DNA of 64,000 nt from Piedraia hortae CBS 480.64 (taxonomy: Eukaryota), in contig MU005962.1 in NCBI GenBank assembly GCA_010093745.1, positions 186,001-250,000 on the forward strand, given 5' to 3'. Positions 46,398 to 57,580 of the stretch are shown piece by piece (within the stretch, counting starts at the first letter, position 1; each line of letters starts with the position of its first letter). Below the pieces are notes generated by a model, which saw nothing but the letters and a program-made list of their open reading frames with translations, ran no database searches and was not told where the DNA came from. Made by a program: the position numbers and the translations under genes.

Positions 46398-49300
46398 CTT
46401 GGATGAGGAATGTGTTGATCTTGGACTTTAACTGGCAGGAAAGTGCAAAGGAGTGACAGGTCAGCGTTGGTAGAGGAATGGATGACGAGGCTTCCTTTTA
46501 GACGTCTTCGTGTTGCGCCGCGATCCACTAGCGTCCTCGTTCCTGCATGGATCGCCGTGCGTCAGGGGTACGTGGCAATGTGATTGGCGGAATCTGCAGC
46601 TGACGCGTATTTCCTTTTGCGTGTCTCTGCCTGAAAGAATGCTGTCAACAACTCGCGCCTTGGGGTGTTAAATACTCATCAGTTCCACGGCTGCCCTGCA
46701 AGCATATCGGCTGACTCTGTCCCCTCCTCCTGGTCGTTAGCAAAAGCTTCCGATTGCTCGGAGCAGAGGTTTGTGGGCGCCCCACCAACAACGCCTCTAA
46801 GTGTTTTCACGCGATTGGCCGGTAGAATCCGAGACAACCCCTGATCGTCGTTCGCCGTCATGCGATTTGGATGACTTTGTCCGATTCGGGCTCGGATTGG
46901 CTGCATCGGGCTTAATTGCTCTCCTCTTTCTCTCTTGGCATCAATTGTTGGTTGTTAAGTCGGCCCACATGTAGGGCTGTGGTGGCTTCGAATTCAATCC
47001 TGTGCGAATCCATAAGGATCATTTTTGGGAACGAGAATGAAGAGGTGTCTCGCTTTTACTTGTCCAGTGCGCTCGTAATGTCGGAGATTCAGCTAGTCAC
47101 GAACGCGCTTCTCGTGAACTTTTCAAGCGCAAGACTTTGATCATCACAGTATCGTGAAAGGGGCTTCGCCCAAATGATTTGCTGGGAAGTGAGTTGTCCA
47201 CTAAATCAAATCGGAGGCCTAAAGCCTTGTGCATGCGCGCAAACCCCTTCGGTAATCGACCGAGGCATCTGCAGACTATCCACGTTTGTGGCGAATACTT
47301 TGTGAAGACCATTAACTGATGGTCGAATGGTCATGGACCAGCACTCATGCTATAGTTTAACTCCTTCCTGTTGGTGTCTTCAACGTCCAACAACTTCCAG
47401 TAATGATCAGATGGGCGCAACAACAAATTTCAGCATCGCTGACTCTCACACAACCGTGGATGCTTGACAAACGTCCCAGTCGCCGCCTCCTTCATCATTT
47501 TGCTCACAAACGTTGAGACATCCGCTTGCAATGTCGGCGTTCTCATAGATTCCGAGGTATAACTGTAGGCAGCCAACTCCGAGGCTGTATCTCTCATTAG
47601 GTGTGCGCGATGGCAAATCCCGACACTGTTCAGGAGGTCCTAAGACCCTCGTTGCAAATAGGAGGTCGAACATCAAACGTTCGCTGTTAGGTGCTTGTGA
47701 TATCATCGACGTTCACGGATTGCCAAAGGACATGGGTAGACATGGGTCCAGGCGAATTTTCCGAACACAGTCCTTTGATGACCCGTAGTGCCTTGGAAAA
47801 AACTGCTTTGTTTCTGCTCCATCCGCAAACGACATTGTTCACGGGAAGGGCGTGCGACGGTCGGTTTCACAACCCGACGGAGCCGTTGTTCAATGGCGGC
47901 CAAATTGTTGAACGGCCCGACCCGTACAAAGTACCGAACCGATCCAAGACAAAGGTGCATGCTACACACACGGGCTGATTTAAGCTTTAGCCCGGATGAA
48001 GCAATTGGCCGTGCCCACGCCTCGGCCAGCACTGGCTGATTGACGCGTGGCCAAGCACGTATCGAGAACTTGAGAGTGGTGGAGAAAGGCTGAAGAGTTG
48101 TCCTCGGGCGGGTGATGCTTAGATTAGAAAACAGTCATCGGCTCCGAACACACTTCTCAAAAATTTCTCTAGTGGATATTGCGGCACACGGGACGTGGAC
48201 CCATGTAAATTCACCAACGAAAATCCCTGGAATGTTCCGCATGCGCCAGGCTGCACGTTCGATCTACGAGACACCCTGTGCGTGGCCAGACAACTTAGGT
48301 GGGGCAGGTAGTAGGCTCGTGAACCCCAGGAGACTTGGCACCCTCCTGGACCCCGGTAAGGTCACGTCAAACTGTCATAGGCGCCAGCCAATTGGTTTTT
48401 GGAGCTGAGATCAGTTGGATGTTGAGTGCAAGTAAACATATATACATCATCTGAGTCTTCGAAAGGGAACCCAGGTGTCCACTGGATGCTCAAGCATGAC
48501 AAGATCAGTGTGATTGGTAAAATCTCTCCTCAACAAAGTTCCAAGGTGAGCATTATAAAGCTATTTCCAACCCCCATTTCACAGATCGGAACAATCGTCA
48601 GGAATACCCACCAGACACAATTATGTTGAGAGTTTTGCGTTCTTTAGAAGCGGGGTGTTGTGTGTCAAAATAACAACCTGTCATCGGCATGCCGTTCTTG
48701 ACTTCCCCTGCCCAACAACACTCACCGCCTGAACCCCAAACAGCTGTGGAACAAGCCAAAAGAGCGTTCCCCAAACATCGATTAGCCATGGCGCTCGAGA
48801 GCGCACAAAGAGGAGAAGGTGATCACGGTGGAAGAATTGGCCATTTGCATGTGTAGTCAGGGGCCCATGAAGCCAGCGACGGATGTTACCTACAAGGTGC
48901 ATGTGGTACAGCGCATACAGGAAGTTATCAGACGCGTCCGCGGGATGGAGACGATAGCAGCTGGATTGGTGGCGGTGGCAAGAGCGAGTTTCTTTTTACG
49001 TTTGGATTTATTGTCGTATAATAAAGATGATGCGGGCGATGGGGAGGGAGTGTTGGTTGGTGCGAGGAATGTTTTGGATCCTCTCAAGAATCGGAAGGCA
49101 CATTCATGCCTAGCATGGTGTCGGTTGACCCTGCAATGCCCGCGCTGTATGTGCCCATGGGCCGGGGGGTCAGTGCCACGTTCGTTGTCCTCAATAACGG
49201 CAGCTCCAATCAATCTCGTAAAGCTGGCTGGTCAGCCAATCCCTCATCGTTGGCCTCCCCTCTCTTTCCCCTCTTCCCCCGCCTCTCGATTCACGCCGCA

Positions 49301-49689
49301 CTCACCAGCCTGGCCCCCTCGCCCGAACCCTCGCCCCCAAACATCCGCTCTCCCTGAAGCAAACTTACACTCCCATTCCCGAACCCGAACGCTGCGTCTC
49401 CACCGCCATTGGCCCCTCCTCCAATCCAATGCTTCCTTTTCCATCCATGCCCATGTCATTCCCTTCGGCCTCCCGCGCCGACGGGCTCTATACTAACGCC
49501 TTCGTTGGCGCCGTGACTGCCCGTCTTCTCTGCTACACGCATGCCTCTGCATCTCGCCTTCCGTCGCCCTTGCGTGAGACTCATTCACCGCCTGTGTACC
49601 GTTGCTGTCCAGCTACCTGCTCTGCTACTGCTGTAGCTACTGCCATCGCTGCCATCGCTACCTGATACCACCACATCCACAATGCCGAG

Positions 49690-50826
49690 ATGATTCCAGA
49701 CATGACCATCGCACCCTCCCTTCAGATCCCTCGTTCTGTGAACGACTCTGGCGGCAGTCTCGCCGACCTGGCCGCCCAAGTGACGTGCCTTTTCTGGTTC
49801 GAAACCACCGATCTCATCTCAGCTATTGAGACATCAGCGCGGCCGCTGCTGCCTCCTCGCCTGCTCTCGCTGGGCGCCCGTCCCAGCACCGGCTTCCGCA
49901 AATGGGTCGCAACCACACTCGCCGCAACGCTTGTCTCGCCAAACGTTGTGTTGCTTGCCCTTCTTTTCATCTACAGACTCAAGAAGCTCAATCCTTCGGT
50001 CCGCGGAAAACTTGGAAGCGAGTTCCGCCTGCTCACCGTTGCCCTTATGCTGGCAAACAAGTTTCTGGACGATAGCACATACACCAACAAGACTTGGGCC
50101 GACGTCTCGGGAATTCTCGTGGGCGAGATTCACGTCATGGAGGTCGAATTCCTCAGCAACATGCAGTACAACTTGTACACTTCGGCCGAGGAATGGGCCG
50201 CATGGCAGTCACGTCTGGCAACTTTCAGCCTCTTCGTCGACAGCACCGCCCATCTCCCTCCCTCGCGACCACCGGCCATTCTGCCCCCTGCTTCATCTCT
50301 CGCGCCATCGGCTCTTCCATCGCCACCGGTTTCCAACCAGGCATCCCCTCCGGCAGCTGCCGCTGCCGAAACATGGATGTACGGCCAAATGGCTTGCGAC
50401 CCGACGCCAGCGCCATCGCCGCTGGACTACCACCACCATTCGCGCAAACGGAGCCTGGAGGATGCGGCCGAGCCGCCGGCGAAACGAGTGCCCCGGACGC
50501 GCCCCACACGGCTCCCGCCAAATCACGTGACAGCCCCACAGCTACCGCCGTCACGGGCCTTGGGCATCCCGTACACGGTGTATGGCGTTTCGTCTCGGCC
50601 GCAGAGTCCAGCACCATCACCTGCGGACGTGCTACGCCGTCGGTCTTCTCCCTACCGGCCGGTCCAGCATGTGTCGACTCTGCTGCACCCGCCACCCTCG
50701 GGCCTGATGCACGCTCCCCCACTCGTCCCCCCCACACGTATCCGGTGTCAGCCACTGAGCAAGCCCACGAGACCGCCTTACGTCGATCTGCAGTGCCACA
50801 CGTGGGGGCCTCTGACTAGCCTCTGA
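49690..50826 (+). CDS. Pho80/Pcl-type cyclin (Mug80-like)
   Basis: GSLADLAAQVTCLFWFE, LLALLFIYRLK, GSEFRLLTVALMLANKFLDDSTYTNKTW, MEVEFL; Pro-rich tail. The N-terminus is uncertain. Confidence 0.85.
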   Translation: MIPDMTIAPSLQIPRSVNDSGGSLADLAAQVTCLFWFETTDLISAIETSARPLLPPRLLSLGARPSTGFRKWVATTLAATLVSPNVVLLALLFIYRLKKLNPSVRGKLGSEFRLLTVALMLANKFLDDSTYTNKTWADVSGILVGEIHVMEVEFLSNMQYNLYTSAEEWAAWQSRLATFSLFVDSTAHLPPSRPPAILPPASSLAPSALPSPPVSNQASPPAAAAAETWMYGQMACDPTPAPSPLDYHHHSRKRSLEDAAEPPAKRVPRTRPTRLPPNHVTAPQLPPSRALGIPYTVYGVSSRPQSPAPSPADVLRRRSSPYRPVQHVSTLLHPPPSGLMHAPPLVPPTRIRCQPLSKPTRPPYVDLQCHTWGPLTSL

Positions 50827-51197
50827 TGTACATCTTTTTTCTTGTTTGCATTTAGCGATTTTGGGAGCGAGCGAGCATGAGTCATGAGATACAATAGACA
50901 GTTGGTTTGGCATTTGCACGGCAGGACATGTAGACGGTATGAAAATCAAAAACATTGCCGATGCAATTGCAGTTCTGGTAGATTGGACTGTGCGGCTTGT
51001 ATTGCATCGTTTCCCTGTTTCGGGTCCGACTACCATCGAGTCGATCATGTTGAGGCGTAATTGCTTCCCCCTATCTGTCATTGTCCGACTGAAGTGGGGG
51101 TCATATAAATGCACATGCTGCACACACATGTGTTTCCAATGACAGTGTGCAGAGGGTCCGCTTCACAGTCAGCAGGCTATGGAGTTGTCGGCCCTCG

Positions 51198-52268
51198 TCA
51201 TCCAGCACTCAAAACGTCGACGTCCATATCCCCAAGCTTCCATAGATACCACATGAGCAAACTTCTATAGGGCCTATATGGCTCAGCGAATTCCACCATT
51301 TCCTTTTCAGTGACAAACTTCCACTTCCCCTTGGCCTTTGTGTTCTTTACATTCCGTCCGAGGAGCTGCGCAACACCTCTCTGTACCCCCAAGTCACCCG
51401 TAGCCCAGATATCCAATCTCTTGAGTCCAAAGCACATAAACATGTGCACACTCCACTCTCCAAGTCCACGCACGGCAATCAACCGCTCGCGAACTTCTGC
51501 ATCCGAGGCCCGCGTGAGCAAATCCGCCGTCAACTCGCCGTTCACAAACCGTTGCGCGAGGCCAGAGATGTACTCTGCCTTGCGCTGAGACAGCCCCGCA
51601 GGGCGAAGGTCCGGAATGGGTTTCTCCGCCACCTGTGCCGGCGTGGGGAAACCATCCGACGCAGCGTCTGGGAACAGGGCAATGAATTTCCCTCGGATGC
51701 TCCTAGCCGCCGAAGTGGATACCTGCTGGCCTATGATCCCCGATACGAGGGACTGGAACGGATTGATCGTCTCAGCGAGCCCTGAGGCGGAGAATAGTGA
51801 ACATGCATGTCTTGCGATCAGAGGAACGAAGCGGCTGTCCTGACGGATGAGGTGCGCACATGCTTGGTCCAGCACGGCTGGACTGGAATTTGTAAATGCT
51901 GCGTCATCTGACACAGGAAGACTTGGCGGTAGGTGAGGCGCTTCGTGCGCTTCGTCGGGCAAGGTTGGGTTGTCTTTTGATATGGCTGTGCTAACTAGGT
52001 TTTGGGTCAGATTGGGTGTATCCGACTGTGGTGTGGCAATCGCTTGTTGCTGTTGAATAAGAGTCTCTTTTTGATTGGTTTTTGGGATTTTTGGCCCCGG
52101 CAGTTCGTCTACTTCTGCCACTGCTTTGGGTGTAGCTTTGACCGGTCGCTTGCGCTTCTTTGCCACAGGTTTCTGCTTAACATTCGTATTCTCCAGACTT
52201 GGATCCAAGGGTGCAGTTGCAGCAGAGTTTATTGCACGAACACGCAAAGACCGCCTGGGTAACATCAT
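51198..52268 (-). CDS. MAG1: DNA-3-methyladenine glycosylase (HhH-GPD, AlkA/Mag1 family)
   Basis: IIGQQVS..AA, FPTP, GLSQRKAEY, VRGLGEWS, GDLGVQRG, PYRS..WY.W; ATG at 52268 preferred. Confidence 0.9.
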   Translation of the reverse strand: MMLPRRSLRVRAINSAATAPLDPSLENTNVKQKPVAKKRKRPVKATPKAVAEVDELPGPKIPKTNQKETLIQQQQAIATPQSDTPNLTQNLVSTAISKDNPTLPDEAHEAPHLPPSLPVSDDAAFTNSSPAVLDQACAHLIRQDSRFVPLIARHACSLFSASGLAETINPFQSLVSGIIGQQVSTSAARSIRGKFIALFPDAASDGFPTPAQVAEKPIPDLRPAGLSQRKAEYISGLAQRFVNGELTADLLTRASDAEVRERLIAVRGLGEWSVHMFMCFGLKRLDIWATGDLGVQRGVAQLLGRNVKNTKAKGKWKFVTEKEMVEFAEPYRPYRSLLMWYLWKLGDMDVDVLSAG

Positions 52269-52791
52269 TGTGTCGTTCAACAAACGATGGAAATGGTGGG
52301 AGGCTTGTCTATCCTGTAGCCATTTTCGTTGACAGCCGAGCTGATGTTGGACGCGGGCCGTGCCGAACGACGGACGGCCAAGTGCGTGAAACCCGCCACA
52401 TTGGATGGCAGAACTCATCAATGGTAAGTTGGTAGAACAAATGTTGTAAGCGGTTGAGACATCTTGTGCTTTTTCCCAAGCATTGACCGTCCCACTGCAC
52501 CCCTTCCTCCAGATCTGATCGTTTACACTGCGCAGGAAATTTGCAGCCTGCCACTTGGTCCATGCGTTTGTAGAGCGTATGCTTGTGTAAGTCTTTAATG
52601 ATTCATCACGTTGCGTCTGGTCCAAATACCGTTGGTGGACGCGGAGCCGCATCTGGCAAGTCCACAATGCGGCAGTTGAATGTGGCGTGTCTGGACTGGT
52701 CCAGATGACATTCCTGCATTTGCGTTGATGGTCATGTCGACAAAGTTACACAAATACGTTACATCCGCAGCTACACCCAGCTGCTACCTGA

Positions 52792-52823
52792 AGTCTTTAC
52801 AACGGTGAGTCTTTACAACGGTG
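52792..52823. repeat. Perfect 16-bp tandem duplication AGTCTTTACAACGGTG x2
   Basis: Seen directly. Confidence 0.9.
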
Positions 52824-52905
52824 TTGGGCAAAAAAGGCCTATAAAGAGCTCACAGTTGGAAGTCCCATAAACACACCACGGCACAGGAGGTCCACGGAAA
52901 GTTAA

Positions 52906-53082
52906 ATGGACACCAAGAAACCATCTGACCCGACTGCTCCACAGTCCAAGCCTGATCAGCCTAGAAATTCGCGCCCGAAAGCCCAGGCTGGAATAAACGC
53001 GCGTATTATTCCTCTTCGGCCGGCGCCTCCACCTCCCGTCGGGTCCAAACCAAACCCATCAGCTTCACGCGACAAGCGCTAG
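52906..53082 (+). CDS. Candidate 58-aa Pro-rich microprotein
   Basis: TATAAA 52840-52845, aaATGG context, product MDTKKPSDPT..IIPLRPAPPPPVGSKP..RDKR. Confidence 0.35.
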   Translation: MDTKKPSDPTAPQSKPDQPRNSRPKAQAGINARIIPLRPAPPPPVGSKPNPSASRDKR

Positions 53083-54860
53083 GCACTTTATACCCGAGGC
53101 ATAATGACAAGACATTAATTGACCGCAGCCTCGGTATTCATGGCCCTTTGCAGAACCCTAATGTATAGTTATATTGGGGCATTGAACCGCTTACTATTTT
53201 CTGTATGACACGGCAGGTTTTATCTCTGCGAAAGGTTGCATTATCTCGAACAGCTTACTCCTTCCTGTGGGCATGGTCCTCGTATCAGGTATATGTCCAT
53301 GCATGGCTGTATGCAAGGTGGAGGATGCAACAAGTTTTCCACTCACCTTTTCCATGAAGTTGAACACTGCTGGTTTAATCGCGCTTAGTTTAATGAATTA
53401 ACATGCAGAAATGATTTTCCGAACTTTGGCTATCTTTGTCATGAAATTTTCGAGTCTTCAGCTTTGCAGCCGTCTAGTCTAGCTGTTCTCCGCGATCCAC
53501 ATGTTTTCTTGCCCGAGACTGACTTGCAAATTCTCGCTGGACTTTCTCGCGTCAAATCAGTTTGAATGCCCCATAACATCTAGCAAATGCACTTCTTTTC
53601 TTCCCTGTTTGATTGTCAGAGAATGATGAACCCGAACACCCCTCGAGGCTCAAAGTTGTATCTCAAAAAGACTCAAAACACATCAAATCCCTAACTAACG
53701 ATAGCCGAGATCTCAGCGACCACTTACCCATATCTGTTCTGTATTTTGGATGTATAGCCGCTAAAATTCACCATGAGCGTTTCAACTCCGTTATCCGCCG
53801 GCTCGTGCACCAAACTTAACCCAAATAAGACGCTGGAAACAAAATTTGAGAAACGATTGACGAGTGCATTCCCTGGAGAGATAATTTCCGGTAAATCGCC
53901 TTGTGAAATCACTACCCCTTTCCGCTGAGATTCACTTGTTCCTTTTCAAAATCTCCGATTTCCCCTTGGTACATAGCGATGCAGAAAGGGCATGTATAAC
54001 AATTATTCAAGTCTCAGTGCTATAAATTGTCATTATCACATACCCCAGAATGCGAAGCAGTCATCGCGGAGGTGAAGGAATTCCAAAGCTGCTTGTTTTT
54101 AGACAAAATTTTTGTCTCACTGGAAGTGGTAGCTAAGGGAGAAGATAGTGAATTTCTGCTGTTGCATATCGGGTTCACGAGTGAATCTTTCTATGGGAGG
54201 ACTACTTTCCGCATTTCAAAAGTTCACTGATTACAAGTCCCACGTACTCACTGGCTGCGACTCAAATCCGAAAATTTTCTTCTGGACCCAAAAATTGTGA
54301 AACTCGCCTTGCAGTACGACACTGCATCAACATTTCAGTAATGGTATACCAATAACCTTTATCGAGCAACGATAGCTCGTCGGGGACGAAACCCATCTTA
54401 ACGCAACACGGAAAGATAGACAGCCCGTCTACACACCACTCTCTTTGCCACTCAATCGAAAAAGGACACGGGGCCCTTTCTCCTTCTCTCCGAGATGTCA
54501 GTCTGACGACTCACCAGAGCCACGGCTAAGACGATACCTTACCAAACACACCGTTCCCAAAATAATTTGGTGCTCTTACCACTTTTCACGGGTTATAACA
54601 GCACATCGGGGAAGGAATTTGAACACAAAAATGGAAGATCGATAACTCGTATACATATTCTAACAGAGGGAGGTTATCAAGCGGATGTTTCTCCGAGGGC
54701 ACTACTGAAAGCGTAGAGTGATTTTTCTGGGGAGGGCGCTACATTTCGGAATGAAACAAACAATCACAGAACAAGATAGGATGATTTGTTTACCTGTGAA
54801 TAGTCAAGGAGAGGGATGGAAAGTTTATAATATAGGAAGGGTTCAATCTTTCTATTCTGC

Positions 54861-55103
54861 TCAATGGGACAGTCTTCTTCTATCGGTTGACGCGCTCTCC
54901 TGCTCATTGCTCCCCTCCGACCCACCTCCTTTGCTGTTCACCTCCCTTTCCTTCCTGGGGCCAAGAGAAAGAAACTTCCTCTGGAAAAGAAGAAGAGCAT
55001 CGTCCAGCTCGCGCAGCGCGAGGGAGATGTCGTTTAGTTCGGCTTTGATGGCTGCTTGCTTGGGGAAGTAATCTCGATGGGAACTTTCGGTTGGAATTGG
55101 CAT
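54861..55103 (-). CDS. Candidate 80-aa small protein with helical/coiled-coil segment
   Basis: A/C-rich leader ..caccatcaacATG, amphipathic IKAELNDISLALRELDDALLLF; no recognised family. Confidence 0.4.
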   Translation of the reverse strand: MPIPTESSHRDYFPKQAAIKAELNDISLALRELDDALLLFQRKFLSLGPRKEREVNSKGGGSEGSNEQESASTDRRRLSH

Positions 55104-55538
55104 GTTGATGGTGTTTTTTTTTTGTTCCTATGGATGGGGAAAGGGGGGATTTAAGGATGGCGCGGAGAATAACGCTATGGGTGTGAATGGGTGAGAAAGT
55201 ATGCTGATTATGGGTTTTTTGTTTGGGTATAATAAGGTGTTGGAGACAGTGCTTTGTAGTGGTACTATTATACACAATCATTGTTCTTTGGTAGTGTACA
55301 ATGGATTGCCTGGTTAGTCTTTTGGGCCAGATCCTGTCAATGGTTTCCGTTCCAGGGTAGGAGAAATAATGGCAAGACGTTGACTTCGAAACTAGAATCA
55401 AGTTCTGGTCCAATCTTTAAATTGTGTTGCTCTGCTGGCAGCTATTAGCCTGTTCCCTATCACGGTTGTCATTTGCAAGTAAAAGAAAAAAGACTCTATG
55501 TATTACTTAGTACTACTGGTCACACTGTACACCCAGTC

Positions 55539-57284
55539 TTACTCCCTGGAAACATCGCGCCCAAAAATGGCCGCCTTGACCCAATCTAGTAGCACAAGAA
55601 CGCGGTTCCTCGCTAGAGACCTGGTCAGCTTTATGCTAAATTCACCAAGGGAACACTTACTGCTGAAACACATGCTGAGGTACGCCGACCGCCAAAAGAA
55701 GTACGTAAGTTGTCCGCCGGTGGCAAGGTTTCCAGTGAGCCAGCTGATATCGGCAACAGCCTTGTCACTACCGATATACGCTAGCGAGCCCTGGTGTGAG
55801 TACTCGAATGGGCCCATCTGGTTTACGCGACGCAGACGGCGCTGCAGATCTTTCATCTGTTCGAAACAAGCATCTCTGGCCTCCTTGTTGGGGGCAATGG
55901 CCTGCTGCTCAGACAGGCGACCAAGCTCCTGCTCAATCTCTGAAGACTTTGCCATCTGGTTGAAGAGGCAGGCGAGGAACGCGCCCTCCTGTGATGCCAC
56001 CTGCGCCGTGGGCGCGTAGTTGGCGATGGCGCAGTCTCCCACAGCCCACACGTTGTCAGTACCCTTCACGACAAGGTACTCATTCACAAGCAAGCCGCGG
56101 CGGGAATCTTTCTGGGCCGGTAGTTGCTGCATGAGGTCCCGGACGACCGGACGGACGGCGTTGCCGGTGGCCCAAACCAGCAAGCCGTAAGGAATAAGTT
56201 CCTTGTGTTTTTGGCCCCGGTCGTCGGTGTGCTCGGCCTCGATGTGCGTCTCAGTGACGGCCTTAACCGCGGTCTTCGTGCGCACCTCGATCGTCTCCTC
56301 CTTGAACGTCTGCTCGGTGTAATCCACCAGCGTCTTGGAGAAGGACGGAAGGACCGAGGGTAAGGCCTCGACGAGCGTGACGTGAAAATTGTCGCGGATC
56401 TCTGGGACCCATTTGCGCAGATCTTTCTCGAAAAAGTCCTGGAGCTCGCCAGCGAATTCGACGCCCGTCGGCCCGCCACCCACCACGACCATGTGCAGAA
56501 GGCGCTTGATCTCCTCTGGGGACTGGTCCTTGAACGTCGCCGTTTCCACACAGTCCATGATGCGCTTGCGAATCTTTTGGGCATCGCCCACCTCTTTCAA
56601 AAAATTGCCATACTCTCGCACGCCGGGGATACCGAACGTCGCATTTTCAGCACCGACGCCCACAACGAGGTAGTCATATGGCACTTCGGTCGCTGACGTG
56701 GCACCTTTGATCTCCGACATGTCATTTATGTGCACCACCTGCTTCTCCAGATCAATCTTCGTGGCATCGGCCTCGAAAAATTGAACGGCCGCCGTCTTGT
56801 GACGCAAAAAGTTGCGCACCGGTTCCATAATGCTGCGATGCTCCACGGTACCGGTAGTACACGATGGCAGTAACGGCGTGAAGAGAAAATAATTGCGCGG
56901 GGACACTACAATGACATTATAATTTTCCGTGTCCAGTTTCTTCAATAGAGATACTGAGCCCCAGCCGGTGCCGAGGACAACAAGCGTCTTCTTGGACGGG
57001 TCCGGGGGTAGCTGGTCCCTCGGCGTGCGCATACTCCAGACGTGATATCCCGTGTAGATTGCCGCGCCGATAGCGCTGAGATAGGTGGCGCGCCAGGTCC
57101 AGCGCAGAGACGAGCGGGCCCAGCCCGACGTCCTGGATTTGTCGGAAGAGAGCGCGCGAGTTTGCAAAGCATTTGCGCTGAATGCAGGGCGTAAGGCCGG
57201 GCGCAAGACCGAACGATGCGGCGTCGTGGGCGGAAAGATGGGCTTGGCGGAAGCCAGCGGCATTGCGATAACGCGCGAACCCAT
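55539..57284 (-). CDS. NDE1: Mitochondrial external type II NADH:ubiquinone oxidoreductase; intron 55660-55613
   Basis: VVLGTGWG, SPRNYFLFTPLLP, VVGGGPTGVEFAGEL, AVGDCA, PTAQVASQEG; splicing restores CFSTRNRVLV. Start may be 57263. Confidence 0.93.
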   Translation of the reverse strand: MGSRVIAMPLASAKPIFPPTTPHRSVLRPALRPAFSANALQTRALSSDKSRTSGWARSSLRWTWRATYLSAIGAAIYTGYHVWSMRTPRDQLPPDPSKKTLVVLGTGWGSVSLLKKLDTENYNVIVVSPRNYFLFTPLLPSCTTGTVEHRSIMEPVRNFLRHKTAAVQFFEADATKIDLEKQVVHINDMSEIKGATSATEVPYDYLVVGVGAENATFGIPGVREYGNFLKEVGDAQKIRKRIMDCVETATFKDQSPEEIKRLLHMVVVGGGPTGVEFAGELQDFFEKDLRKWVPEIRDNFHVTLVEALPSVLPSFSKTLVDYTEQTFKEETIEVRTKTAVKAVTETHIEAEHTDDRGQKHKELIPYGLLVWATGNAVRPVVRDLMQQLPAQKDSRRGLLVNEYLVVKGTDNVWAVGDCAIANYAPTAQVASQEGAFLACLFNQMAKSSEIEQELGRLSEQQAIAPNKEARDACFEQMKDLQRRLRRVNQMGPFEYSHQGSLAYIGSDKAVADISWLTGNLATGGQLTYFFWRSAYLSMCFSSKCSLGEFSIKLTRSLARNRVLVLLDWVKAAIFGRDVSRE

Positions 57285-57580
57285 GTTGAAAGGAGCGGGT
57301 AGGTCTGGAATAGGAGACTCGACGTTGGCCTGGATGAAGAATCTCCGGATCAGGAGCACGGGCAGACGGGCCTTTCCGCCACTAACACGATAAGCGCAAA
57401 CTATTCAAGGAGCTGTAACCGGATAAAAGCCGTTGACAGATGACTTGGGTTCACGTTGAGAAACGACAGGGATTCGTCAGGGTATCATTGGCAGCTGACT
57501 GCCGCTAAACTACCTTACACTCAACACCAACACGCCCGCAAATGCATTTTTCCCAAGAGCCCTGTAAAACAATCGTGACT

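Noticed and set aside
45444..46406. Long antisense ORFs (for example 320 aa opposite CRH1, 253 aa opposite CAND1, 224 aa opposite DUF1275)
   Set aside because: Expected shadows of GC-rich coding sequence; no recognisable motifs.
2..52268. TEL1, RAD5 and MAG1 as a DNA-repair gene cluster
   Set aside because: They are more than 20 kb apart with unrelated genes between; consistent with chance.
52269..52667. N-terminal extensions in the ORF track for MAG1, uL15m, RPB8, NDE and the GPI protein
   Set aside because: Several start at non-ATG codons, and none resembles its family; downstream ATGs fit better.
54360..54400. Hammerhead-like GACGAAAC
   Set aside because: No CTGANGA core at a compatible position.
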